11,648 nucleotides of DNA from a virus (lineage: Duplodnaviria > Heunggongvirae > Uroviricota > Caudoviricetes), in IMG/VR virus record IMGVR_UViG_2671180963_000004, positions 1 through 11,648 of that record; one strand, 5' to 3'. Below the pieces are notes generated by a model, which did no database searches, was not told where the DNA came from, and saw only the letters and a program-made list of their open reading frames with translations. The translations under genes were made by a program, and so were the position numbers. Positions 1-6,435 of this stretch are shown here, in pieces. Each line of letters opens with the position of its first letter. Position 1 is the first letter of the stretch.

Positions 1-219
1 TCACATCCACATAATTTGCTGCCCTGACGGCAACGGGTGCGGCCTCACGGCGTGGACTTCTCCCGGCTTCACGATGTATCGCTGTACCGACTCATAAGTG
101 ATGAACGTGGCGCTGCAATTCACGTTCTGACACTGGTGATAACGCTCTTTTGTCGTGTCAGTGATATAGCGACTTGTACGCGCATGTGCGGCATGCTGGC
201 ATAAAGGACAATGAAACAT
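1..219 (-). CDS. ogr: Ogr-type late-gene transcription activator (72 aa zinc-finger protein)
   Basis: Translation from ATG at 217-219 gives MFHCPLCQHAAHARTSRYITDTTKERYHQCQNVNC..., with a C-x2-C-x22-C-x4-C zinc-binding pattern, and matches P2 Ogr as I recall it. SD-like GAGGTG lies 7 nt upstream. The ORF-track extension to 282 is probably not translated. Stop codon is at 1-3. Confidence 0.88.
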   Translation of the reverse strand: MFHCPLCQHAAHARTSRYITDTTKERYHQCQNVNCSATFITYESVQRYIVKPGEVHAVRPHPLPSGQQIMWM

Positions 220-253
220 CGCGAGCACCTCTTCCGGTTTTGTTGATGGTGCC

Positions 254-282
254 ATTTTAGTTAATTTATCCTTATAAAACAA
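254..282 (-). promoter_or_regulatory. Candidate sigma70 promoter for ogr (-35 TTGTTT at 282-277, 17-nt spacer, -10 TAAAAT at 259-254, read on minus strand)
   Basis: Hexamers read by eye in the AT-rich 80-bp spacer between the D remnant stop (301) and the ogr start (219). No other support. Confidence 0.3.
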
Positions 283-300
283 ACAGATAAAATAAAAACA

Positions 301-1179
301 TCACTCATCATCTTCTGTTTCGTACTCCACATCAGAAAGCCTGACCTCAAGCTCCAGGGACGTCGTGAAGCCGCTATTATTCAGAAAATGTGTCACCTTA
401 GTGATTGTCCAGTCCTGCTCGTCTATGACGCGCTTAAAGCCTGATACTTTGACCGGCGTTTCCGTGTAAATATCTGCCCGACCAGTAGCCAGACTGATGG
501 AGAACTCCGCAACGCCCCGTTGCAGCTTATCCCACTTCGCCTGAGCGGCGCGCATGGCCTGCGCTTTCGTGGCATATACCGTGGTCAGGGCAAAAACGTT
601 GTCAGCCTCACCTGCCATGTATTCACCTTCGCGCGCTTCCGGTACTTTTGGCGCTTTCTTCTGCGTGACCGGTTTCGCTTTCGGGTGCTCCAGTGCGCGC
701 AGGTGTTTCTCTTTCTTTTTGCGTTTCAGTTTTACCTTCTGCTTTTGTGGCTTCGGGTCTTTGGTGTGTAACCACTTTGCCGTTACGCCGGTATAGGCTC
801 CACGGTCAGCAATCGCAAAATGATGGCGGTCGCCGTCGCTGCGGGTTATGGTGACCTGCGGGATTTTTTTACCACTGGCCGTCACCCCCTGCCCCGCTTT
901 GAGAAACAACAATTTTCCCATTTTTACCGACACCTCACCGCCGTTGCGTTCAGCAAGACGGGTCAGGAATTTCGCATCGGACTCCTGCGACTGGTCGATG
1001 TGCGGGATTTTAATTCCGGCCAGTGACGGAGCGACACTGGCCTCCAGCCTGTTACGGGAGGCTATCGCCTCAACAATCGCACCGAGTGTGGTGTCATGCC
1101 AGGAGCCTTCCCGGCGGGAATTGAGCGTCCCGCGAAAATCTGCACTCCGGGCGCGGATGGTAATCCGGCCAGATGACCA
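301..1179 (-). pseudogene. D: Tail protein D (P2 gpD-like), 5'-truncated or frame-disrupted remnant
   Basis: Called ORF 301-933 begins at a GTG. Manual in-frame translation continues upstream as ...ITIRARSADFRGTLNSRREGSWHDTTLGAIVEAIASRNRLEASVAPSLAGIKIPHIDQSQESDAKFLTRLAERNGGEVSVKMGKLLFLKAGQG..., up to an in-frame TGA at 1180-1182. No plausible start codon with RBS; an N-terminal portion is missing. Confidence 0.7.
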
Positions 1180-1357
1180 TCAGCTCACGCTGGCTGAAAT
1201 TCTGGCGGTAGGCTTTCACCTCGGAAATGGTCTTACAGCCCCATGCGCTGATATAAAGGGAAATCAGTGTCGCCTTGCGTTCGGCGAGAATGGTTTCAAA
1301 GTCCAGCTCCTCGACCACATCCGGTGCGGGTAGCTGGTTCAGGTCGATAATCGGCAT
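1094..1357 (-). pseudogene. J: Baseplate protein J (P2 gpJ-like) N-terminal stub; only about the first 35 codons look J-like, remainder runs into D-derived DNA out of frame
   Basis: N-terminus MPIIDLNQLPAPDVVEELDFETILAERKATLISLY matches the P2 gpJ N-terminus as I recall it. The ORF is 87 codons, far shorter than a full baseplate J protein of roughly 300 aa. Sits 4 nt downstream of the W stop, as expected for the V-W-J order. Confidence 0.55.
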
Positions 1358-1361
1358 GGTT

Positions 1362-1709
1362 TCAACTCACAGGGATGGTTAACGAAAGTGGCTGGCCGGT
1401 GTCGTTGTGCTGGCCGGTTAACGTGACCGTCATTCGCCCGTCAAAACTGCGCGCCGTAGTGACGGATGACAGGGTGACGCGGGGTTCCCATTTCAGCACC
1501 GCCATGTAACAGGCGACCTTAATCTGCAACTCAAGCGCCTGGGTCTGCGGCTGGTCAATCATTGATGCCAGCAACGAGCCGTAATCACGACGCATCACCC
1601 GTGAGCCGACCGGTGTGCGCAGGATATCGCCGATACTCTGGCTGATATGCTCAAGGTCAGTGACAGTCAGGCCATCACTGCGATTCATTCCGAGATAACG
1701 TGCTGTCAT
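1362..1709 (-). CDS. W: Baseplate protein W (P2 gpW-like, 115 aa)
   Basis: Full-length 115-aa ORF, MTARYLGMNRSDGLTVTDLEHISQSIGDILRTPVGSRVMRRDYGSLLASMIDQPQT.... Its start overlaps the V stop by 4 nt (ATGA). Position V-W-J is syntenic with P2. Confidence 0.85.
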   Translation of the reverse strand: MTARYLGMNRSDGLTVTDLEHISQSIGDILRTPVGSRVMRRDYGSLLASMIDQPQTQALELQIKVACYMAVLKWEPRVTLSSVTTARSFDGRMTVTLTGQHNDTGQPLSLTIPVS

Positions 1710-2341
1710 AGAGGACTCCCGGTTGTGCCGCCGCTGTCTCCTGGGTGTTTGTGGGTATGCAGTACCTTACCGTTTGATGAGAGTTCACCGCCGGTGTGTT
1801 CAATGTTGCCGCGCATCGTCCCGCCCTTCTGCACTTCCAGCGTGCCGGTAATCAGCCTGTTGGTGCAGACCACCTCCGGTGTGTCCAGGGTGACGCGGGT
1901 TGATGCTTTCACCATGACCACCGGCACCGTGGCAGTAACAGAATCAGAAGCCGTCACGCTGACCGTTTTAATTCCGCTTACCGTGAGTGCACTGGTTTCG
2001 GGTTCATATTCAATCACCGCTCCGTCAGGGAAACGGATATGCAGGGCATCCGCCGACGCAGACGGCGCGGGGTTATCGCCGGAATAAATCCCCGGCAGAA
2101 CGAACGCCGTGTCGAGTTCACCGCCCACGGCCAGAATCAGCACCTGCTCCCCCACGGAAGGTGCCCACCATGTGCGCGAACGACCGGCACGATGGGTCAG
2201 CCACTGAAGCCAGTCAGTGCACATGCCGCCGGTCTGCACACGGCAGCGACCGGCGTTAAGGTCGGTTTCGACGACAAGGCCGGTGCGGATCATGTTGCGC
2301 AGTGCGCGCGCGAGTTCCTGAATATTTGCGAGAGTGTTCAT
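1706..2341 (-). CDS. V: Baseplate central spike protein V (P2 gpV-like, 211 aa)
   Basis: 211-aa ORF of the length expected for gpV. Lies between S and W in P2 order. Confidence 0.85.
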   Translation of the reverse strand: MNTLANIQELARALRNMIRTGLVVETDLNAGRCRVQTGGMCTDWLQWLTHRAGRSRTWWAPSVGEQVLILAVGGELDTAFVLPGIYSGDNPAPSASADALHIRFPDGAVIEYEPETSALTVSGIKTVSVTASDSVTATVPVVMVKASTRVTLDTPEVVCTNRLITGTLEVQKGGTMRGNIEHTGGELSSNGKVLHTHKHPGDSGGTTGSPL

Positions 2342-2407
2342 AACGGGAAGGATGCCGCCGGGTCATACCGGCGGCAATGTGACGATGAGGTGTCGGGAAT
2401 GGCACAA

Positions 2408-2860
2408 CTAACGGTCGAGGTGCGCCAGAATAATCTCTTCAATCATCTGCACATCCTCACCGGTAAAGCCGAGCAGGGGACGCGCCGGATAATCAATTTT
2501 CTTACCGTCTTTCCGGTTTTCTTCCGACAGACCGAACTGATGCACACTGGCGATTTTCGGTGACTTTCCGCCGTAAAATTCCATTGATGCCTGTTCCGGG
2601 CTGGCGCGGATATGCAAAAAACGACTGGTGATAAGTTTCGCAAACATTTTTCGCTTAACACGACCAGTCTTTTTTCTGGCGCTCTGCTGCTGGCGTGGCA
2701 CGTAGGGTGTGCCGTCCGGGGCTTTCTGTGCCATCACCCGACGCTGCTGACTCTGCCGCAGGCGCTTCGCCAGTTCGGCACTCAGTCGCCGACGCCCTGA
2801 CGGTGACAGCGATTCAATCAGTCCGGTCAGCCGGTCTTCAAAACGCTTAAACTCATTCAT
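2408..2860 (-). CDS. S: Tail completion protein S (P2 gpS-like, 150 aa)
   Basis: 150-aa ORF; start overlaps the upstream R-frame stop by 8 nt, as in a coupled late operon. Sits in S position upstream of V. Confidence 0.82.
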   Translation of the reverse strand: MNEFKRFEDRLTGLIESLSPSGRRRLSAELAKRLRQSQQRRVMAQKAPDGTPYVPRQQQSARKKTGRVKRKMFAKLITSRFLHIRASPEQASMEFYGGKSPKIASVHQFGLSEENRKDGKKIDYPARPLLGFTGEDVQMIEEIILAHLDR

Positions 2861-3059
2861 CCCACTTACTCACCAGTTCGCCATTGATATAAAGCTCCAT
2901 CGGGCGGGTGACCGGCTCCGGCGGCGGAGGTTCCGGGATATTCTTCACATGCAGCGCGCCGTCCACCTCACTGACCAGCGTGCGCTCGGTCAGCATCAGG
3001 CTGATGCTGATACAGGACAGGATTCGGGAAATAAACGGCTGGCTCGGCCAGGAGGTCAT
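2853..3059 (-). pseudogene. R: Tail completion protein R (P2 gpR-like), 3' fragment only (68 codons)
   Basis: 68-codon ORF ending 8 nt inside the S start, i.e. R position. Manual translation upstream of the ATG at 3057-3059 hits an in-frame stop at 3072-3074. Full-length gpR is roughly twice this size, so this is probably a 5'-truncated remnant. Confidence 0.55.
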
Positions 3060-3105
3060 CCGCTTTAAAAACTACTCACTGGACACTGACAACGGCTGAA
3101 CATCG

Positions 3106-3126
3106 CCGCCTGCGGGCGGCTTTTTT
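3106..3126 (+). terminator. Intrinsic terminator-like hairpin (GCCGCC-TGCG-GGCGGC followed by TTTTTT), plus-strand orientation
   Basis: Perfect 6-bp GC stem with 4-nt loop, followed directly by a T6 run. Oriented for rightward transcription, opposite to the flanking late genes. Consistent with a relic terminator from the far side of a deletion, possibly downstream of gene Q. Confidence 0.4.
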
Positions 3127-3268
3127 ACACCCCGTCATCACGCCCTCACACGCTCACCACCGCACAAAACACCCCGCAGACACACCAACGCCCCGGCGCA
3201 CAATCTAAACGCCATCAAGACGCGCTCAGACGCTGAAAAAATAAAATCAGCACCACCGCCAGCGCGCA

Positions 3269-3287
3269 GTGCTTTCCCCGCCTCGCC
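3269..3287 (-). other. cos: P2/P4-type cohesive end site (cos), 19 nt
   Basis: GTGCTTTCCCCGCCTCGCC at 3269-3287 is the exact reverse complement of the P2/P4 cohesive-end sequence GGCGAGGCGGGGAAAGCAC as I recall it. Orientation agrees with the reversed gene order. Confidence 0.8.
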
Positions 3288-3472
3288 CGCCCGCTTCATG
3301 GGGCATTTTTAATGCAGTTGCATGAACACTCCAAGAGCACACCATCGCTAGTGATAACTAACAATAAAAGCGACTTCTGACGCATGCAAATCCATGCACA
3401 TGATGGCATTTTTCATGATCTATGCGGTATGCTATCCGCTTCAATTTTTAACACTTGTTAAGGGAGCTAGAC

Positions 3473-4615
3473 ATGGACATTATTGATTTAAAATCTCAAC
3501 TAGAAAATGAAGATAATGCCAAGAAAAGAGCAGAGTTGCTTGCTCAGCTAGAGGTGATAAAGCAAAACGCTGAAGAGCAAATTCGTGCTGAGCAAAAGGA
3601 TGTGGATTTTGAGACCAAAGAATTTACCGTTGAGTTATTAGTTAATAAGTATCATAGCGGATTAGAGGATGATACTAACGAACTCTTTGTTCCTGATTAT
3701 CAAAGGGATTTTGTTTGGAGTGAAAAAAGACAATCAAGATTGATAGAGTCTTTGATTTTGGGTTTTCCTATACCATATATATTTACAGCAGATGTTCTCT
3801 CCGAAGATCCCGATTTAGATGGGCGAATTGAGATTGTTGATGGCTCACAGCGAGTTAGGACTATACACGCTTTTATCCAAAATGAATTAGTTTTACAAGA
3901 TCTGAAATCTTTAGACGCCCTTAATGGTTTCAAATTCCAAGATTTACCATTATCACGTCAACGTCGTTTCATGAGAATTCCTGTCCGCGTTATAGAATTG
4001 AGTTCTAAATGCAATGAAGAAACCCGTAGAGATCTTTTTGAACGTATTAACTCTGGCAGCGATATATTGAAAGATATGGAAGTCCGTAAAGGATCAGAAC
4101 TTGGTTCAACAAATTTATATACACAGGTTATTAAGCCATGCTCAACAATACCTAAATTTAAAGAATTAGCACCTTTATCTCAGACTAAAGAAAAACGAGA
4201 TGAACGGTTAGAATTTACATTAAGATTTTTTGCCTACTTAGATAAGTACAAGAACTTTGATCATTCCGTACGGGATTTTCTAAATGACTATATGTTAGAA
4301 AATCGAGATATAGACGAAACTAAACAAAACTCAATGAAACAAGAGTTTGCTAATGTTCTATCTTTTGTTGATAACTATTTCCCAGCAGGATTCAAGAAAA
4401 CTATTACTGCAAAATCTACACCTCGAGTTAGATTCGAATCTCTCGCTGTTGGCGCAGCACTTGCATTACGTGAAATCCCTGACCTTGTTCCCAAGAACTT
4501 GGATTGGCTAAGCTCAGAAGAATTCAAACGATTGACCACTTCAGACGGAGCTAATAGTCGCGTGAAGGTAATTGAACGAATTGAATATGTTCGGGATAAA
4601 TTATTAGAGGATTAA
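3473..4615 (+). CDS. DUF262 (ParB/GmrSD-N-terminal-like) domain protein, about 380 aa, no fused DUF1524/HNH nuclease domain
   Basis: Motifs DYQRDFVW (nt 3695-3718) and IVDGSQR (DGSQR at 3839-3853) are the hallmark QR..VW and DGQQR-type motifs of DUF262. Preferred start is ATG 3473, preceded by SD AGGGAG at 3461-3466; the ORF track uses TTG 3455. No (D/E)HxxP-type nuclease motif seen in the C-terminal half. AT-rich composition. Confidence 0.8.
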   Translation: MDIIDLKSQLENEDNAKKRAELLAQLEVIKQNAEEQIRAEQKDVDFETKEFTVELLVNKYHSGLEDDTNELFVPDYQRDFVWSEKRQSRLIESLILGFPIPYIFTADVLSEDPDLDGRIEIVDGSQRVRTIHAFIQNELVLQDLKSLDALNGFKFQDLPLSRQRRFMRIPVRVIELSSKCNEETRRDLFERINSGSDILKDMEVRKGSELGSTNLYTQVIKPCSTIPKFKELAPLSQTKEKRDERLEFTLRFFAYLDKYKNFDHSVRDFLNDYMLENRDIDETKQNSMKQEFANVLSFVDNYFPAGFKKTITAKSTPRVRFESLAVGAALALREIPDLVPKNLDWLSSEEFKRLTTSDGANSRVKVIERIEYVRDKLLED

Positions 4616-4616
4616 C

Positions 4617-5297
4617 ATGGATCGTTTTCGTGAGGATTTTGACGAAAGGTCAGGAGAGATCTTGGCCTATTTAGATCTTTTGAAATTTATTGAGTATGCC
4701 GGTGCAGAACTGATATCATCTGATGATAAAGAACATAAGTTCTCCATTACTGCTCAATCACGAAAAACTCTAAAGGGGGCAGTATATATTCTATTATATA
4801 ACCTCATTGAATCAACAATGAGAGAAGCTATCTGCCTTATTCATGAGACTATTTATGATAGAAACGTAGAATTTGACAAACTCAGGAAAAATATCAGGTC
4901 AGAAATATTAAAAAGATTAAAAAATGAATCTGTAAATATTGAAAGTTTAGTTAACCGTCTTACTAAAGGTATATCTTGCGGTATATCTTATGGCACTTTC
5001 AACAAAAAGAAAATATTCTCAGGAAATATTGATAGAGAGGAAATCAAAGAAAAATCGAAAATATATGGTTTTTCAACATATTCTGATTACACTCACACTA
5101 AACATGGTGAAAAATTAGCCACTGTCAAACAACATCGTAATGATTTATCTCATGGCAATGTATCATTTGCTGAGATTGGAAAAAATGTTTCATATCAGGA
5201 CTTAGAGAATATTTCATTAGAAGTAATCGCCTATCTTGATGCAATCGCGAATAATATAGAGCACTATATAAATAATAATGAATATTTAGAACAATAG
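4617..5297 (+). CDS. HEPN-like protein with Rx4H motif (putative RNase/nuclease effector), 226 aa
   Basis: ATG at 4617 is 1 nt after the upstream TAA (4613-4615), with SD-like GAGG at 4607-4610, indicating translational coupling. C-terminal region has KQHRNDLSHG, i.e. R174-x4-H179 (cgt 5136-5138, cat 5151-5153), the HEPN signature. Largely helical-looking, K/E-rich sequence. Pairing with a DUF262 protein resembles the MAE_28990/MAE_18760-type HEPN family naming as I recall it. Confidence 0.7.
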   Translation: MDRFREDFDERSGEILAYLDLLKFIEYAGAELISSDDKEHKFSITAQSRKTLKGAVYILLYNLIESTMREAICLIHETIYDRNVEFDKLRKNIRSEILKRLKNESVNIESLVNRLTKGISCGISYGTFNKKKIFSGNIDREEIKEKSKIYGFSTYSDYTHTKHGEKLATVKQHRNDLSHGNVSFAEIGKNVSYQDLENISLEVIAYLDAIANNIEHYINNNEYLEQ

Positions 5298-5303
5298 TAA
5301 TAA

Positions 5304-5320
5304 GGCCTGCAAAGCAGGCC
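5304..5320. terminator. Bidirectional terminator-like hairpin (GGCCTGC-AAA-GCAGGCC) between convergent genes
   Basis: 7-bp perfect stem with 3-nt loop in the 29-bp gap between the HEPN stop (5297) and the methyltransferase stop (5327). Flanked by T-rich sequence on plus (ATTTTAT) and A-rich on the other side. Confidence 0.5.
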
Positions 5321-5326
5321 ATTTTA

Positions 5327-6352
5327 TCATTCTAAATGGTTCTTGATTGATTGCCCAATTGCTTTTCCTAGTTCCACAGGAACAGCATTACCTATCATTT
5401 TCCCAATACTTCTTATAACAAACTTGTCTTTGTCTTCTACAAAGATATAATCCATCGGAAAAGTTTGCAATAAAGCAGCCTCTCTAAGAGAAATCGCTCT
5501 ATGCTGTTCTGGATGTCCAAAACGTCCATTTCCGAAACCATAACAAAGAGTTGTAATTGTTGGACTTGGCTTATCCCAAGACATGCGCCCATATACACTA
5601 GCATATCCTTTACCGCTAGATTTCATATGACAAGCAGCAATCAGCTCCTTCGGCCAGTCCTTCCATGTACCACCAGGAACAGAGTGTATAATTCTTTTTT
5701 TATTAATCGGATTTAATTTACTGGCTCTATGTAATATATCATTTGGATCTGTTTGGCCATCTTCTAACGGAGGAAGATTTCCTATTGCATCTCTAACTGT
5801 TTTCAAAATAACATCGTCACGTTTTACTAACTCAATCGCCCCCAATTTTGAAGCCAACAATACATGACGGGAACGGTTTTGTGGGATTCCATATTCGACA
5901 CAATCAACCTTCGACGCCCAAACATAATAGCCCAACTTTAACAATGAATTATAAAAATCATTATAAACTTTATGTTTAGTTACATCAGGAACGTTCTCCA
6001 TTGTTACGATTTCTGGAGATACTTCGCGAATTAAACGTTCGAACTCATAAAGAAGAGGCCATTTTTTATCATCAGCCTTATCTTTTCCTTGAGTATATTT
6101 TGAAAAAGGTTGGCAAGGTGCGCATCCTGCCAATACTTTTACAGACGCATCACCATAAAGCCTCAGCAGTTCCTCTTTTGTTACTTTAGCGATATCTTGC
6201 TCAATAAACTTAGATTTATTGTTTCTTTCATAGGGAAACCGACATTCCCCCTCAAGGTCTATGCCTGCAACGACATCAAGCCCCGCAAGCTGTAAACCAT
6301 GAGTTAATCCGCCAGCACCACAAAAAAGGTCTATCACCTTTACAGTCATCAT
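5327..6352 (-). CDS. DNA (cytosine-5)-methyltransferase, Dcm/M.HhaI-like, 341 aa
   Basis: Canonical C5-MTase motifs in order: motif I DLFCGAGG (AdoMet binding), motif IV GCAPCQPFS (catalytic PCQ, about 6110-6118), motif VI ENV (about 5990-5998), motif VIII QNRSRHVLLAS, and a C-terminal GNAVPV. SD-like GGAG upstream of the ATG at 6352. Confidence 0.9.
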   Translation of the reverse strand: MMTVKVIDLFCGAGGLTHGLQLAGLDVVAGIDLEGECRFPYERNNKSKFIEQDIAKVTKEELLRLYGDASVKVLAGCAPCQPFSKYTQGKDKADDKKWPLLYEFERLIREVSPEIVTMENVPDVTKHKVYNDFYNSLLKLGYYVWASKVDCVEYGIPQNRSRHVLLASKLGAIELVKRDDVILKTVRDAIGNLPPLEDGQTDPNDILHRASKLNPINKKRIIHSVPGGTWKDWPKELIAACHMKSSGKGYASVYGRMSWDKPSPTITTLCYGFGNGRFGHPEQHRAISLREAALLQTFPMDYIFVEDKDKFVIRSIGKMIGNAVPVELGKAIGQSIKNHLE

Positions 6353-6435
6353 TCACTCCAAATCTATACGATGCTCAGTATACATCCCTTTCTACAAAAT
6401 CTCGAGGCCTAACTTATAAACTCCTATTGATTGAG

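Noticed and set aside
1-282. 93-aa ORF-track version of ogr with a 21-residue N-terminal extension (MFYKDKLTKMAPSTKPEEVLA).
   Set aside because: P2 Ogr is 72 aa; the internal ATG at 217-219 has a good SD and gives the canonical MFHCPLCQ start. The extension is probably untranslated.
520-1026. Plus-strand ORFs 520-771, 554-796 and 820-1026.
   Set aside because: All lie antisense to the D remnant and translate to low-complexity F/R/L/C-rich peptides; treated as frame artefacts.
848-1333. 161-aa plus-strand ORF spanning the D/J junction region.
   Set aside because: Antisense to recognisable D and J coding sequence, low-complexity Pro/Ser/Arg-rich translation, no RBS; typical spurious ORF opposite a GC-rich gene.
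2342-2407. Looked for a P2-type Ogr-dependent late promoter (PV) with a TGT-N12-ACA dyad upstream of V.
   Set aside because: Only a TGT-N10-ACA arrangement (2391-2406) is present, which does not fit the consensus spacing I recall, and I could not identify convincing -10/-35 hexamers. Not reported as a feature.
1647-2800. Plus-strand ORFs 1647-2087, 1987-2259, 2039-2563 and 2612-2800, antisense to W, V and S.
   Set aside because: Overlap recognisable late genes on the opposite strand and have Arg/Pro-rich low-complexity translations with no RBS; spurious.
2908-3099. 63-aa plus-strand ORF ending just before the terminator hairpin.
   Set aside because: Most of it is antisense to the R fragment with a Gly/Ser-rich translation. 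Only its last few codons could be a Q 3'-end relic, which cannot be verified by eye.
3455-3472. TTG start at 3455 for the DUF262 gene (ORF-track start).
   Set aside because: ATG at 3473 has a well-spaced SD (AGGGAG, 3461-3466); the TTG would place the SD inside the coding sequence. Preferred 3473.
3700-3933. 77-aa minus-strand ORF inside the DUF262 gene.
   Set aside because: Antisense to a gene with clear conserved motifs, and reads straight through the complement of those motifs; spurious.
3473-4615. Considered calling the DUF262 protein a complete GmrSD-type Type IV restriction enzyme.
   Set aside because: GmrSD-type enzymes carry a C-terminal DUF1524 His-Me nuclease domain with a (D/E)HxxP-like motif; none is visible, and the protein is shorter than typical GmrSD. 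The HEPN partner more likely supplies the nuclease role.
5125-6295. Small ORFs 5125-5322 (-), 5501-5716 (+), 6001-6189 (+) and 6110-6295 (+).
   Set aside because: Overlap the HEPN or methyltransferase coding regions out of frame or antisense, AT-rich low-complexity translations; spurious.
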